Shown here piece after piece: positions 40,971 to 51,493 of a stretch of DNA of 64,000 nt. Position 1 is the stretch's first letter. Every line of letters starts with the position of its first letter. Location of the stretch: positions 1,312,001 to 1,376,000 of the forward strand of contig OZ240248.1 in NCBI GenBank assembly GCA_965198235.1, in the 5' to 3' direction. The DNA comes from Candidatus Poribacteria bacterium. GTDB lineage: Bacteria > Poribacteria > WGA-4E > WGA-3G. The notes beneath the pieces were generated by a model that ran no database searches, was not told the DNA's origin, and worked only from the letters and a program-made list of their open reading frames with translations. A program made the translations under genes and the position numbers.

Positions 40971-41756
40971 ATGAAATTGACGATCATCGTAACTGTCTTG
41001 CTCTGTTGCCTGTTCCCGATAGCAACGCCGGCAGAATTGCCCCTTGATGCGCTTGCGATCTATATGTCTTTTGATGACATTCAAGGCAACAAAGTGATAG
41101 ATGGCTCAGAAAACGGAAACGATGGCACGATTATGAAGGCATCCCTTGCGAAAGACAAGGGAAAATACGGCAACGCAATGGAATTCGAAGGCGGAGATAA
41201 CCATGTGCTGATTAAGAGCTCCAAATCGCTCTCGATTGCCGATGAGGTCACAATTTCCGCTTGGGTCAACTGGAACGATGCCCCTGGCAACGGTTGGTTG
41301 ACCGTGATAGCGAACGGAATGCAAGGTGGACCCTGGGAAAACTACGGACTCTTTGTCAACCGTGGGAGTCGCTACTTCTACTTTACGCTCTCTGTCGGTG
41401 GCGAAGGTCAACATAAAGTGATGAATTCTGGGGGCGGTACGACTGAACCTGGAGAGTGGATGCACTGTGTCTGCACCTATGACGGCAAAGATGCCAAAAT
41501 CTATATTGATGGCGATCTGAAAAATGCCGCACCTCATGGAGGCAAATTGGTCGCCGGAGAGCAGGATTTGAGGCTCGGCCACCGAGGGGGCAGCGGCCAC
41601 TGGTATAACGGTTTGCTTGACGAGATCGCAGTATTTTCGGTCGCTTTAGATGAGGATCAGGTTAAAGAAGCGAGTAGCAATATCGAGGAGGCACTTGATG
41701 TTCAGGCGCGTGGAAAACTCGCAACTACTTGGGGTAAAATGAAGGCGGACCCATAG
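40971..41756 (+). CDS. LamG-like jellyroll (concanavalin A-like) secreted protein
   Basis: YMSFDD, GKYG.A.EF, TISAWV, W.H...TYDG...KIY.DG, G.LDEIA; C-terminal GKLATTWGKMK. Confidence 0.88.
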   Translation: MKLTIIVTVLLCCLFPIATPAELPLDALAIYMSFDDIQGNKVIDGSENGNDGTIMKASLAKDKGKYGNAMEFEGGDNHVLIKSSKSLSIADEVTISAWVNWNDAPGNGWLTVIANGMQGGPWENYGLFVNRGSRYFYFTLSVGGEGQHKVMNSGGGTTEPGEWMHCVCTYDGKDAKIYIDGDLKNAAPHGGKLVAGEQDLRLGHRGGSGHWYNGLLDEIAVFSVALDEDQVKEASSNIEEALDVQARGKLATTWGKMKADP

Positions 41757-41804
41757 GCTAACATCTCAGATGTGCCTTGTCTTTCTTCTATGGAGGCGCA
41801 ACCG

Positions 41805-42581
41805 ATGAAATTACCTATAAGCGCAATTGTCTTGCTCTGTTGCCTGTTACCCACAGCAACACGAGCAGAGTTGCCGATTGATGAACTCGCTCTTTACATG
41901 TCCTTTGATGACATCCAAGGTAACAAAGTTATGGATGGTTCGGAGCATGGGAATCACGGAACAATTATGAAAGCATCCGTCGCGAAAGACAAAGGTAAAT
42001 ACGGCAACGCGATGGAATTCAAAGGCGGGGACAATCACGTCCTGATGAAGAACTCTAAGTCTCTTTCAATATCGGATGAGGTCACAATTTCCGCTTGGGT
42101 GAACTGGAACGATGCGCCTGGAAACGGTTGGTTAACCGTGATGGCAAACGGAACACAAGGTGGACCCTGGGAAAACTACGGTCTCTTTGTCAACCGTGGC
42201 GGTCGCTACTTCTTTTTTACGCTCTCTATAGGTGACGTTGCGGTGATGAATTCTGGCAACGGCTCGACCGAACCTGGAAAATGGACGCACTGTGTCTGTA
42301 CCTATGACGGCAAAGATGCCAAAATCTATGTGGATGGTGATCTGGCAAACACGGCACCTCATGGAGGCAAATTGGTTGCCAGAGATCAGGATTTGAGGCT
42401 CGGCCATCGGTCCGGAAGTGGCCACTGGTACAACGGTTTGCTCGATGAGATTGCAGTGTTTTTGGTCGCTTTAGATGAAGATCAGGTTAAAGAAGCAAGT
42501 AGCAACATTGAGGAGGCACTTGATGTTCAGGCGCGTGGAAAACTCGCAACCGTCTGGGGCAAAGTAAAGGCGGGACAGTAG
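41805..42581 (+). CDS. LamG-like jellyroll secreted protein (tandem paralog)
   Basis: Highly similar to 40971-41756; C-terminal GKLATVWGKVK. Confidence 0.88.
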   Translation: MKLPISAIVLLCCLLPTATRAELPIDELALYMSFDDIQGNKVMDGSEHGNHGTIMKASVAKDKGKYGNAMEFKGGDNHVLMKNSKSLSISDEVTISAWVNWNDAPGNGWLTVMANGTQGGPWENYGLFVNRGGRYFFFTLSIGDVAVMNSGNGSTEPGKWTHCVCTYDGKDAKIYVDGDLANTAPHGGKLVARDQDLRLGHRSGSGHWYNGLLDEIAVFLVALDEDQVKEASSNIEEALDVQARGKLATVWGKVKAGQ

Positions 42582-42614
42582 CCCGGCATCTCAAGGGTTG
42601 TTTGTGTTTCTTGT

Positions 42615-43526
42615 ATGACCATAGTAAGAACAGTTTCTAACCCAAAAAAAGGGCGGGATGGATTCCAACAGAGACCTTCGATACGGTTTCTGCTCCATTT
42701 CGCCCTTGTTTTTATCTACCTTGCCTGCTCCGAAGAGGAAGCATCCGAGCCACCCGAAGGCATGGTGCTGATTCCCGCAGGTGCCTTTCAAATGGGAAGC
42801 ACGACAGGGGATGTCGATGAGGTGCCCGTGCACACGGTGGAACTTGATGCGTTTTACATGGATCCGCATGAAATAACCAACGCTGAATATCAGGCGTTCG
42901 TCGCCGCAACGGATCACCCTACCCCACGAGGGATCGGCTATACCGCCGTCTACGAACTTCTCAAACACGATTACGAACCGTGGGACGACCCCGGTTTCAA
43001 TCACCCAAATCAACCCGTCACAACCGTGACATGGTTTGATGCGACTGCCTACTGCGAATGGGCAGGCAAACGGTTACCAACGGAGGCGGAATGGGAGAAA
43101 GCCGCACGCGGTGGCTTGGAAGGCGCACGCTATCCATGGGGTGACACTGAACCGAATAACACAAGTGCCAACTTTGCTGACAGCCAAACGGAATTTGAAT
43201 GGCGGAGTTCCGATGTAAACGACGGATTCCTTTTTACCGCCCCTGTTGGAACGTTTCCGCCCAACGGTTACGGTTTGTATGATATGGCGGGGAATGTCTG
43301 GGAATGGTGTTCAGATTGGTACAGTCCAACCTACTACAGCGACGTGCAAGGTGCGGAGAGTCCACCCCAGAATCCGAAGGGACCCGACACCGGTGAACGC
43401 CGCGTTTTACGTGGCGGAACATGGTACCGTGCTGTGCACACAATTCGCAATGCCGAACGTATCAGCGATTACCCGGACAGTAGCCTGAACGTTGTCGGTT
43501 TTCGATGCGCCATGGATGCCCCGTAA
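42615..43526 (+). CDS. SUMF1/FGE-sulfatase domain protein (lacks FGE catalytic Cys pair)
   Basis: MVLIPAG.FQMG, EITN..Y..F, RLPTEAEWEKAARGG, PN.YGLYDMAGNVWEW, RGG.W, GFRCA. Confidence 0.88.
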   Translation: MTIVRTVSNPKKGRDGFQQRPSIRFLLHFALVFIYLACSEEEASEPPEGMVLIPAGAFQMGSTTGDVDEVPVHTVELDAFYMDPHEITNAEYQAFVAATDHPTPRGIGYTAVYELLKHDYEPWDDPGFNHPNQPVTTVTWFDATAYCEWAGKRLPTEAEWEKAARGGLEGARYPWGDTEPNNTSANFADSQTEFEWRSSDVNDGFLFTAPVGTFPPNGYGLYDMAGNVWEWCSDWYSPTYYSDVQGAESPPQNPKGPDTGERRVLRGGTWYRAVHTIRNAERISDYPDSSLNVVGFRCAMDAP

Positions 43527-43584
43527 GAGGACATGGTGTGCACGTTGGTGTTCCTCGTTCAGGGGTAGGCGATTGGAGGTCTGT

Positions 43585-44600
43585 TGTCAGAACTGTGATT
43601 TTTGTGATTCAGTGATTTACAGGATGGGAGATGCCTATCGAGTGAAAATTGTCCTTTGTAGAATTACCGAAATATAGTAAAGCCCGAAAATATGTAGACA
43701 GTCGTTCAGCAAACAAACCCACCACCGCTGGCGAGGGTGTTTTTGATAGGGGTGTTTTTGCTTGGGTATTTCTGCGGATTTCAACAAGGTTTTTCATGCA
43801 CTTTCCCACCCCATAGGGGTGATATGTCTATAGAAAACGGTGTATTAAAGCGACTGCACCCCGTAGGGGTGCTATGTCTATAAATAGGTGGCAACTTGCG
43901 TTATAATAACGTGAGCTTGATAAAAAGTCTTGTAGGTGTTTTTGCTTGGGGTTTTTGATAAGGTGTTTCTGCGGATTTCCCCCAGGTTGAACGGGAATCA
44001 AGTAAAACGTGGATAGAAAAGACACCGATCAAGTTCAGTAGGAAACCTGAAGCCACTAAAGAACGAGTGAAACCCAACACTTTTTACTTCCAACACGATG
44101 CGTCTGTTGGGTTTCGCTATATCTCTCTCTATCAACGATTCGCAGAAAGGCGTAATTTCCTGTATAAACGCAAGGGGCTTTACCGCTCAACCCAACCTAC
44201 GGAAACCATATTCAGATTTTTAATTATCAAACTCACATTATAATATGTAAAATCATAGCAAATTTCGACGCATCTGTCAAATTGTACCGCAAACTTTCGT
44301 TTGCGCCCTGAAACCGTCAATGTCCCTAACCCCGTCTCTTCCTAACAAAAACCGTCGATAAACAGAAACCCCAAAAATCCGCGTAATCCGCACAATCCGC
44401 GCCAATCCGCGATTTGCGGCGTACTCGCCCAAATGCGACGTGCATTCAGACAATTCCCCAATCATAAAAATCACTAAATCACAATAATCACAGTTCAGAC
44501 TTCTTCCACTGCCCACTGCTCGCTGACTGCTCTTTGTAGGAGCGACCTCCCGGTCGCGATTCCCCTGTTCGTAGTAGTGCGATTTATCGCACGTTCTCCA
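43585..44600. repeat. Nested repeat/MITE cluster
   Basis: 9-bp periodic AATCAC repeats, G/T mosaic repeats, CACCCCGTAGGGGTG palindromes, MITE ~43906-44241 with TIR ATAACGTGAGCTTGATAA, GTAG-type REPs. Confidence 0.75.
44536..44595 (+). repeat. GTAG-type REP doublet (copies at 46959-47017 and 51248-51307)
   Basis: GTAGGAGCGACCTCCYGGTCGCGAT + GTAGTAGTGCGATTYATCGCACG. Confidence 0.8.
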
Positions 44601-44605
44601 ATTAC

Positions 44606-46930
44606 TTATCGCAATGTTTTCAACTGTCCCCATGTGGATATCTCCTTACCAGCAGCACCGACATGCCCTTTCAGGCGGATGCCACGGGTCAAGGTCTGAT
44701 GATTCCCGTCAAGAGAGACCTCCTCTATCTGGTAGTAGTAGACGACGTTGGGTTGAGCAGTTGTATCCGTGTAGGTATAGAACTGCTTCTCGCTGGTCGT
44801 GCCTGCGCCAGGGACCATGGTTGCGTTGATGACCTTGAACTGTCCGTCTCGTTGCTGACTCCGCTTGATAAAGAATCCAGCGTTGTTCAACTCCGATTGC
44901 GTAGACCAAGTAATCACCACTGCGCCAGTCGCCTTATCACGGGCAGGACGGAAGTGCGAAAGCTCGACGGGCAACGCACCACCAGCACGGAATCCGGGTG
45001 TGCCGACATCAATCGGTAAGCCGTAGTAACTGCGTGCGCTCAGATGCATCTGTTGTGCGAAACTCGTATCAGAGGCGAGCACCCAAGAATCCATCAGCGT
45101 GCCGTCTTTCGGTTCCGCGGGACCCACAGAAACGGGAACGTGTCTACGGATAATCGAGCTACGTGCACCATCTTCGTCTATCGGTAGTGCCCACATCGCA
45201 GTGCCATCCTCAGAAACCAGGTTGCCAACCACATCCATTGCCGCGGCGCGAGCGGCTGCCTGTCCAATAAATACAGCCGTAACCGGCGGTGCAAGCGTTA
45301 TTTTGAACGCCGTCCCGCTCATCAACGAATAACGGCGTTTGGAAATACCCAACAGAATCAGTTCATACAGTTGATCCGTCCAGAGATTGACGACCTGACC
45401 GTCTGCCAGCCAGCCGTCAAGGTTATTACGTCCCTGTGCGGTGACAACGAGAACGGTTGACGGGGTATCGTGCTGTCCACTCGGATCAATCTTTGTGCCT
45501 TCCGGGATCGTGAATACCGCCTTCGCACCGATACTCACATCGACATCAGCAGCGTCGTTCTCGACTGTCAGCGTCCAACCACCCAGGTTCACCTGCTCTG
45601 TCCGGGAACCGTTGGAAATCTCAATCCACTGTGGCAATCTGCCACCCCCAGCGAACATAATCTCGCTGATGTAGATTTGACCTTCCTCCGGTATCATCAC
45701 GGAAGCATCTGCGGCTGTCGCATCGGCATCAGCAGTCGCCTTTTCCGCAGCTGCGGAGTCTATGCCGGAGCCAGCCTTATCTTTGACAGGAATGTCGTGT
45801 CCAGCTGTGCTGTTCGCATCAGTGATCTTTACATCATCGTCGTGTGGCAGGGATAGCGTAACCCCTGTTCCGGGTGGCATCGTGGTTGTCGCTACCGCAA
45901 GTCTGAGTTGCTCACGCCCGTTCGGCTTGTTCGCTACACCGAACGGCTTATACACATTCACGAATGGGGAAGCACCATCATGGAACTCCTTGAGACTGAT
46001 CTTCACCGTATCCACTCTGCGATGCGGCGTAATCGTCACACGGTACTGATGATACATATTATCCGTGCCAGTGGGCATAGGAACGTTCATAGCATCCGCA
46101 CCTGGTGCCACACCGGCCAAACCATCATCGGCCTCTCCACTGTGCACGTACATTCCCTCAGACGGATGCGGCAGAATCGTCGAATCCGCATCTCCCTGTG
46201 CATTCGCTCGTCGTGCGAAGGGGACACCTACGACCAAGTTGCTGGCTGTTCCACCTTCAACGTTAATCTTATCAAGTGTCAGACCGCCGTCAGGTTTCTC
46301 GGTGAGCACAATCCGCACGTCAAAGGCACCCGTAACTTTCTCCTCTTGGAAAGCACTGACGACCGCTTGGCTACTCGGGCGCAACCGCTGGATGGAAACC
46401 ACGTTCGGGCGATCAGTATTTACCGGTATGGGACCCATTAAATTAAACGACAGGGAACCCTCTTTACTCGTCTGCTCTTCATTAGGAGTAAGACGTTTGA
46501 CACCCGCTTTTATGTACAGATGAACTTTTCTGTCATCTGCATCAGTGCTGGCGGCAGCAATAGTAAACGCGAAGGTTTTCCTATCCGTTTGAACTCCACC
46601 AACGGCAGCATTGATGTCCTTTATGCTAATTTCTGATGTCGATCCAGCACCCGCTTGCCCGGTGCCATCAGTTGTTGCTGGAACAGCAAGAGCAGTTCGA
46701 ACACCGTTCTTATCTTCAACGTGAACAATGATAAACGCCCTCTCAGCAGTTGTAAGTGCTACTTCCTCAGCAAATGTAAGCGTAACGACGATATCTGTGC
46801 CGTATTGCTTGTTAATAACGCTAAATGTGGCATCGAAGTCATCAGCCGCCATCGCGGAAGGCACCACGAAAGCAAGAACAAATATTGTGATTAAACGCAT
46901 TAACGAAAATGCCATTTTCTTTGACAACAT
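44606..46930 (-). CDS. Lamin-tail-domain secreted surface protein, paralog A (internally deleted relative to B)
   Basis: MLSKKMAFSL signal; IYISEIMF...QWIEI.N...V.L.GWTL; GTPG; LPVELSHF; C-terminal WGQLK. Confidence 0.8.
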   Translation of the reverse strand: MLSKKMAFSLMRLITIFVLAFVVPSAMAADDFDATFSVINKQYGTDIVVTLTFAEEVALTTAERAFIIVHVEDKNGVRTALAVPATTDGTGQAGAGSTSEISIKDINAAVGGVQTDRKTFAFTIAAASTDADDRKVHLYIKAGVKRLTPNEEQTSKEGSLSFNLMGPIPVNTDRPNVVSIQRLRPSSQAVVSAFQEEKVTGAFDVRIVLTEKPDGGLTLDKINVEGGTASNLVVGVPFARRANAQGDADSTILPHPSEGMYVHSGEADDGLAGVAPGADAMNVPMPTGTDNMYHQYRVTITPHRRVDTVKISLKEFHDGASPFVNVYKPFGVANKPNGREQLRLAVATTTMPPGTGVTLSLPHDDDVKITDANSTAGHDIPVKDKAGSGIDSAAAEKATADADATAADASVMIPEEGQIYISEIMFAGGGRLPQWIEISNGSRTEQVNLGGWTLTVENDAADVDVSIGAKAVFTIPEGTKIDPSGQHDTPSTVLVVTAQGRNNLDGWLADGQVVNLWTDQLYELILLGISKRRYSLMSGTAFKITLAPPVTAVFIGQAAARAAAMDVVGNLVSEDGTAMWALPIDEDGARSSIIRRHVPVSVGPAEPKDGTLMDSWVLASDTSFAQQMHLSARSYYGLPIDVGTPGFRAGGALPVELSHFRPARDKATGAVVITWSTQSELNNAGFFIKRSQQRDGQFKVINATMVPGAGTTSEKQFYTYTDTTAQPNVVYYYQIEEVSLDGNHQTLTRGIRLKGHVGAAGKEISTWGQLKTLR

Positions 46931-47070
46931 TCGTTTAATCCCCCCGTGACCCTCTTCTGTAGGAGCGACCTCCTGGTCGCGATCTTCTGTTCGTAGTAGT
47001 GCGATTCATCGCACGTTCCCAAATCACAGTTCAGACAATTACTGACAACCGATAACTAACAACTACTAAA

Positions 47071-47114
47071 AAACAAAACGGGGTAATGTCGCTAAGGACA
47101 CTACCCCGTCTTGT
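47071..47114 (-). terminator. Intrinsic terminator of paralog B
   Basis: GACGGGGTAGTGTC-loop-GACATTACCCCGTTTTGTTTTT; compensatory changes versus 55815-55858. Confidence 0.75.
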
Positions 47115-47171
47115 GGTTAAGGTTAGTTCAAACAAATTTTATCCCTGAAATAACCTTGTTGTTCCTACTAC

Positions 47172-50100
47172 TTATTGCGATGTCTTCAATTCTCCCCACG
47201 TCAGCGTGGCTTTACCGGCGACACTCACATGCCCTTTCAGGCGCATGCCGCGGGTCAGCGTCTGACGATTACCATCGAGAGATACATCTTCAATCTGGTA
47301 GTAGTATACGACGTTGGGTTGAGCAGTTGTATCCGTGTAGGTATAGAACTGCTTTTCACTCGTTGTGCCTGCACCAGCGATCATTGCCGCGTTGATGACT
47401 TTGAACTCGCCGTCTTTTTGCTGACTCCGCTTGATGAAGAATCCAGCGTTGTTCAGCTCAGATTGCGTAGACCAGGTAATCACCACTGCGCCAGTCGCCT
47501 TATCACGGGCAGGACGGAAATGTGAAAGTTCAACAGGCAACGCACCACCAGGACGGAATCCGGGTGTGCCGACATCGCTTTGTGCGCCGTAGTAACTCGC
47601 GGCACGGATGTGCGTCGGTTGCGCGAAACTCGTATCGGATGCGAGTGCCCAATTCATCATCATCGTGCCATCTTCGGGTTCCGCAGCACCGACAGAGACT
47701 TGGACGTGTCCACGAATAATCGAGCTACGTCCGTCCTCACTCATCGGCAATGCCCATGCGGCAGCACCATCAGCACCGAGGTTACCCACGATATCCGTCG
47801 CTTCTGCGCGTTCCTTCGCGGCTTTGGCATCAGCGGCGGCCTTGGCGGCTGCAGCTGCGCGCGCGGCTGCGATTTCGGCTGCCGTTGTTGGCGCGGCTGC
47901 TTTCTTCGCTGGAGCTTCAATCGGCACCGGGGGGGCGAGCGTTATTTTGAACGCCATACCGCTCAACAACGAATAGCGAGGTTTCAGAACACCTGCTATG
48001 ATCAGGTCAATCTCGGTCGTAGACCCTGGTTGATTCAGGACCATAACCTGACTCCTTGCCTTCGCGCCCGTAAGGTTGTTACGTCCTCTTTCGGTCACGA
48101 GGAGCAGCGTTGACGGGGTATCGTCCTGTCCACTCATATCGATCTTCGTGCCTTTCGGGATCTCGAAAGTTACTGAACCGACACTCACATCGGTATCGGC
48201 TGCAGCGTTATCGACCGTCAGCGTCCAACCGCTCAGGTCGACCTCTTCTGACCGCGAACCGTTGGAGATCTCAATCCACTGTGGGAGCGTCCCACCGCCA
48301 GCGAACATAATTTCGCTGATGTAGATTTTACCGACCATCGGCATCGAGACAGAAGTATCTGCTGCTTTTGCGGCTGTTGCGGCTGCGGCAGCAGCTTTCG
48401 CTTTTGCTGCTGCTACTATAGCTGCGGCTTCAGAAGGACTAATGACACGTGTGGAACCCGGTGAAGCATCGTATTTACCTTCAAGACCTAACTTGAAGTT
48501 GACGCTTGGCGATGTCGACTGCATCCAACTACCTGCTACCGTACCGTTTGCGGGCATCATCGCGCCTGCTGCTGCACCTACTGTTGTATCTGCCACCATC
48601 CCACGATACATAGAAGCAAGCTGCTGTATCGGTGCGATTGCAGCGACATCTGCGGTACCTGCGTCAACCCCAGATCTTCCACTCTGACCTTTACCGGCGA
48701 TTGACCAGTAAATATCCGCTGTGGTCCCTGTTGTTGCGGGTGCGATAACGGTTCCAGCAAATGTTTTCGTACCGACCCGGTCAACGAGCACACCCGCTGT
48801 GCCATCATCCTTCACGTATGTCGCACGAGGGGTCTCGTTCGCTTGATAGAACCACAACGCCCATTTATTTTCACCAATCTCAATAGCGGCTGTGGTCGCA
48901 TTGGCAATCTCAATCCATTGGCTGTTTGTGGCATCAGCGGTTTGGCTGGCATCGGTGCCCCACATCACTTCACTGATATAGGCGGCTCCCGCTGCTGTGC
49001 CATCGTATGCCACGAGGTCAATCGTGCCATTATTGGCGAGGAACGTCTCTAAGTTCGGCAGACTCCCCGATGCCCTGACATTGTATAACAATTGGGCAGG
49101 CGTCTGCTTATGGGGGACATTCTCTACTTTCGTCTTATCCGCCGCATCTACCTCGTCCGAGAAATCTATGCCGGAACCAGCCTTATCCTTCGTAAGGATG
49201 TAGTGCCCAGCCGTGTCCGCGTAAGTGATCATTGCAGCTTCGCCGTGCGGCAGGTAAAACATAAACCCTGCACCGAGTGCAGCAAGGTCTGTCGCTACGG
49301 CGAGTCTGAGTTGCTCACGCCCGTTCGGCTTGTTCGCTACATTAAAAGGCTTATACACATTCGGAAACGGTACAGCATTATCATGGAATTCCTTGATACT
49401 GATTTTCACCATATCCACTCTGCGATGTGGCGTAATCGTCACACGATACTGATGATACATACTATCAGGACCCGTAGTCAGCGGGACAAATGTGTGATCG
49501 GTAAGACTTGGTGAACTCACCTCACCTAGCGCACCAACTAAAGCGTCGTCACCATCGTGAGCATACATACCCTCAATTGGATGGGGTCTATACGTGCTTG
49601 CCAACTGATCAGCGGTAGGCTCATCAGCGAGCGTATCTCCGAGCCGCGAGAAGGGCACACCTACGACCAAGTTGCTGGCTGTTCCACCGTCAACCTCAAT
49701 GTGAGCAAGTTTAAATTCATGCGGCAACTCGGTGAACACGATCTTAACGTCAAAGGCACCCGTAACTTTTTCCTCTTGGAAAGCAGAGACGACTGTTTGG
49801 CTACCCGGACGCAACCGTTGGATAGAAACCACGTTCGGACGATCAGTATTTACCGGTATGGGACCGATCAAATCAATACTCGCTGAAGCCTTTTTGCTCG
49901 TCTTCGCTTCCTCAGGGACAAAACGGGCAACACCTGCTGGTATGAACAGATGAATTTTTCTGTCATCCATATCAGTGCTTTCGGCATCAATAGTAAACAC
50001 GAACTGTTTTCTATCCGTTTGATCGCCGGTAACAGCAAGGTTGATGTCCTTCGCGCTAATTTCTGATGTTGATGTAGCACTAGCATCTGGCGGGTTGTCA

Positions 50101-50381
50101 CCAACTGCTGTAATTGTTGTGGGGACAGTGATAGCAGTTCGAACACCGTTCTTATCTTCAATATGAACGGTAATTATCCTTGTCTCTGCCTCCTGTATAT
50201 TTGCAAGCGGTACTTCCTCTTTAAAAGTAATCGTAACCTCGATATCTGTGGCATAGGTTGTATTAACAACGCTAAATTCGGCATCGAAGTCGTCAGCCGC
50301 TATCGCAGAAGGCACCACGAAAGCAAGAGCGAGAATTGTTATTAGACTCATTAACGAAAATGCCATTTTCTTTGACAACAT
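47172..50381 (-). CDS. Lamin-tail-domain secreted surface protein, paralog B
   Basis: Signal peptide; two ISE.M..QWIE domains; Ala/Lys-rich linkers; LPVELSHF; C-terminal WGELK. Confidence 0.85.
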   Translation of the reverse strand: MLSKKMAFSLMSLITILALAFVVPSAIAADDFDAEFSVVNTTYATDIEVTITFKEEVPLANIQEAETRIITVHIEDKNGVRTAITVPTTITAVGDNPPDASATSTSEISAKDINLAVTGDQTDRKQFVFTIDAESTDMDDRKIHLFIPAGVARFVPEEAKTSKKASASIDLIGPIPVNTDRPNVVSIQRLRPGSQTVVSAFQEEKVTGAFDVKIVFTELPHEFKLAHIEVDGGTASNLVVGVPFSRLGDTLADEPTADQLASTYRPHPIEGMYAHDGDDALVGALGEVSSPSLTDHTFVPLTTGPDSMYHQYRVTITPHRRVDMVKISIKEFHDNAVPFPNVYKPFNVANKPNGREQLRLAVATDLAALGAGFMFYLPHGEAAMITYADTAGHYILTKDKAGSGIDFSDEVDAADKTKVENVPHKQTPAQLLYNVRASGSLPNLETFLANNGTIDLVAYDGTAAGAAYISEVMWGTDASQTADATNSQWIEIANATTAAIEIGENKWALWFYQANETPRATYVKDDGTAGVLVDRVGTKTFAGTVIAPATTGTTADIYWSIAGKGQSGRSGVDAGTADVAAIAPIQQLASMYRGMVADTTVGAAAGAMMPANGTVAGSWMQSTSPSVNFKLGLEGKYDASPGSTRVISPSEAAAIVAAAKAKAAAAAATAAKAADTSVSMPMVGKIYISEIMFAGGGTLPQWIEISNGSRSEEVDLSGWTLTVDNAAADTDVSVGSVTFEIPKGTKIDMSGQDDTPSTLLLVTERGRNNLTGAKARSQVMVLNQPGSTTEIDLIIAGVLKPRYSLLSGMAFKITLAPPVPIEAPAKKAAAPTTAAEIAAARAAAAAKAAADAKAAKERAEATDIVGNLGADGAAAWALPMSEDGRSSIIRGHVQVSVGAAEPEDGTMMMNWALASDTSFAQPTHIRAASYYGAQSDVGTPGFRPGGALPVELSHFRPARDKATGAVVITWSTQSELNNAGFFIKRSQQKDGEFKVINAAMIAGAGTTSEKQFYTYTDTTAQPNVVYYYQIEDVSLDGNRQTLTRGMRLKGHVSVAGKATLTWGELKTSQ

Positions 50382-50556
50382 TCGTTCAATCTCCTTGTTC
50401 TTATGGAATAAAATTTTAAACTTAAACCTAAAACCTCACGGAAGGGAAAAAATGGAAAAGTAATCTTTTTCATGTCTTGCCTCCGCTTATGTACAAAATA
50501 AGAACGGATCCAGGGATTGTAAACCCATTCCTCATTTGAACCTAACCTTTTGCACA
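50300..50556 (-). repeat. Long inverted repeat, left copy (leader plus signal-peptide coding); partner 52346-52600
   Basis: Near-identical reverse complement of 52346-52600. Confidence 0.92.
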
Positions 50557-50695
50557 TAATGTAACTTACACATTATGTGCTGTTTTCAAGGGTTGCTAAT
50601 CGATGCGGCTCTAAGAGTGACTCTTAATGTGTGAAAACATCGCGTTTCAACTCATAATGTGCCAAAATATCGCGTTTCAACCCTTTACACAGTTA

Positions 50696-50724
50696 ATTCT
50701 ACCCTATTAAACGCTATTTGTCAA
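50696..50724 (-). promoter_or_regulatory. Strong sigma70 promoter for paralog B
   Basis: TTGACA-17bp-TAGAAT with upstream A/T tracts (50730-50810). Confidence 0.75.
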
Positions 50725-50824
50725 ATTAAAATTACAAAAAAACGCACTTTTTTGCGAAAAAACGCATAATTCGTCAAAAAAAGTGCGAAATTCGCAAAAA
50801 AAGTGTAAAATGGAGTATTGGTTG

Positions 50825-51310
50825 TCGTCAGAACTGTGATTTTTCTGATTTACTGAGTGGAAGAAGTCAGAACTGTGATTTCTGTGATTTCTGGGATGTG
50901 CCGTGATTGGGAAATTTTCAGAACTGTGATTTGTGGGATTTCTGGGATGTGCCGTGATGTAGAAAACGGTGTATCTAAGCAACCCCACCCCGTAGGGGTG
51001 CTATGTCTATAGAAAACGGTGTATCCAACCAAACGCACCCCGTAGGGGTGCTATGTCTATAAATAAGTGGCAACCTGCGTTACATTAATATATATTAAAG
51101 GAACCGAAGGTGGGGTATTATCTACAGCAGTTTCGTAGCGGAAACCCTCATCACAGAAATCACATCATCAGAAAAATCACAGTTCAGACAGCGGTTTTGC
51201 GGATAAGGCGGGTTAGAGGGGGGAGGTGCTGATAACGCCTGTCTTCTGTAGGAGCGACCTCCTGGTCGCGATCCACCTGTTTGTAGTAGTGCGATTCATC
51301 GCACGTTCTT
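50825..51310. repeat. Repeat cluster (AATCAC periodic repeats, CACCCCGTAGGGGTG palindromes, REP doublet)
   Basis: 41-bp duplication 50868-50908/50918-50958; 50-bp duplication 50985-51060. Confidence 0.7.
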
Positions 51311-51371
51311 ATGCACCCCTGTCCCCCTGATAAGGGGGATTGAGAGGGTTGGGGGGTTACTGACCCCTACT

Positions 51372-51493
51372 AACAAAAGCAGATAACGGGAGAGTTCCCT
51401 ATACTCCCCCGCTACCCTTTTAGTTTAATCAAATGGAGGAGATTAGTGTCGTCCTCAGGACAGGTTAAGTTTAGCCTCATTCCAGGAGGTTAA
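51372..51493 (-). ncRNA. Candidate small RNA with anti-Shine-Dalgarno tract
   Basis: Own promoter TTGACA-17-GATAAT (51499-51527), two hairpins, UAAUCUCCUCC tract, GC-rich terminator plus U-run (51375-51421). Confidence 0.5.

Noticed and set aside
42615-43526. True formylglycine-generating enzyme or DGR target
   Set aside because: Lacks the catalytic Cys pair after RGG; no reverse transcriptase or template repeat seen
43950-43962. GGTTTTTGATAA matches a Hin hix half-site
   Set aside because: Occurs only as a unit of the mosaic repeat without a paired inverted half-site; probably coincidence
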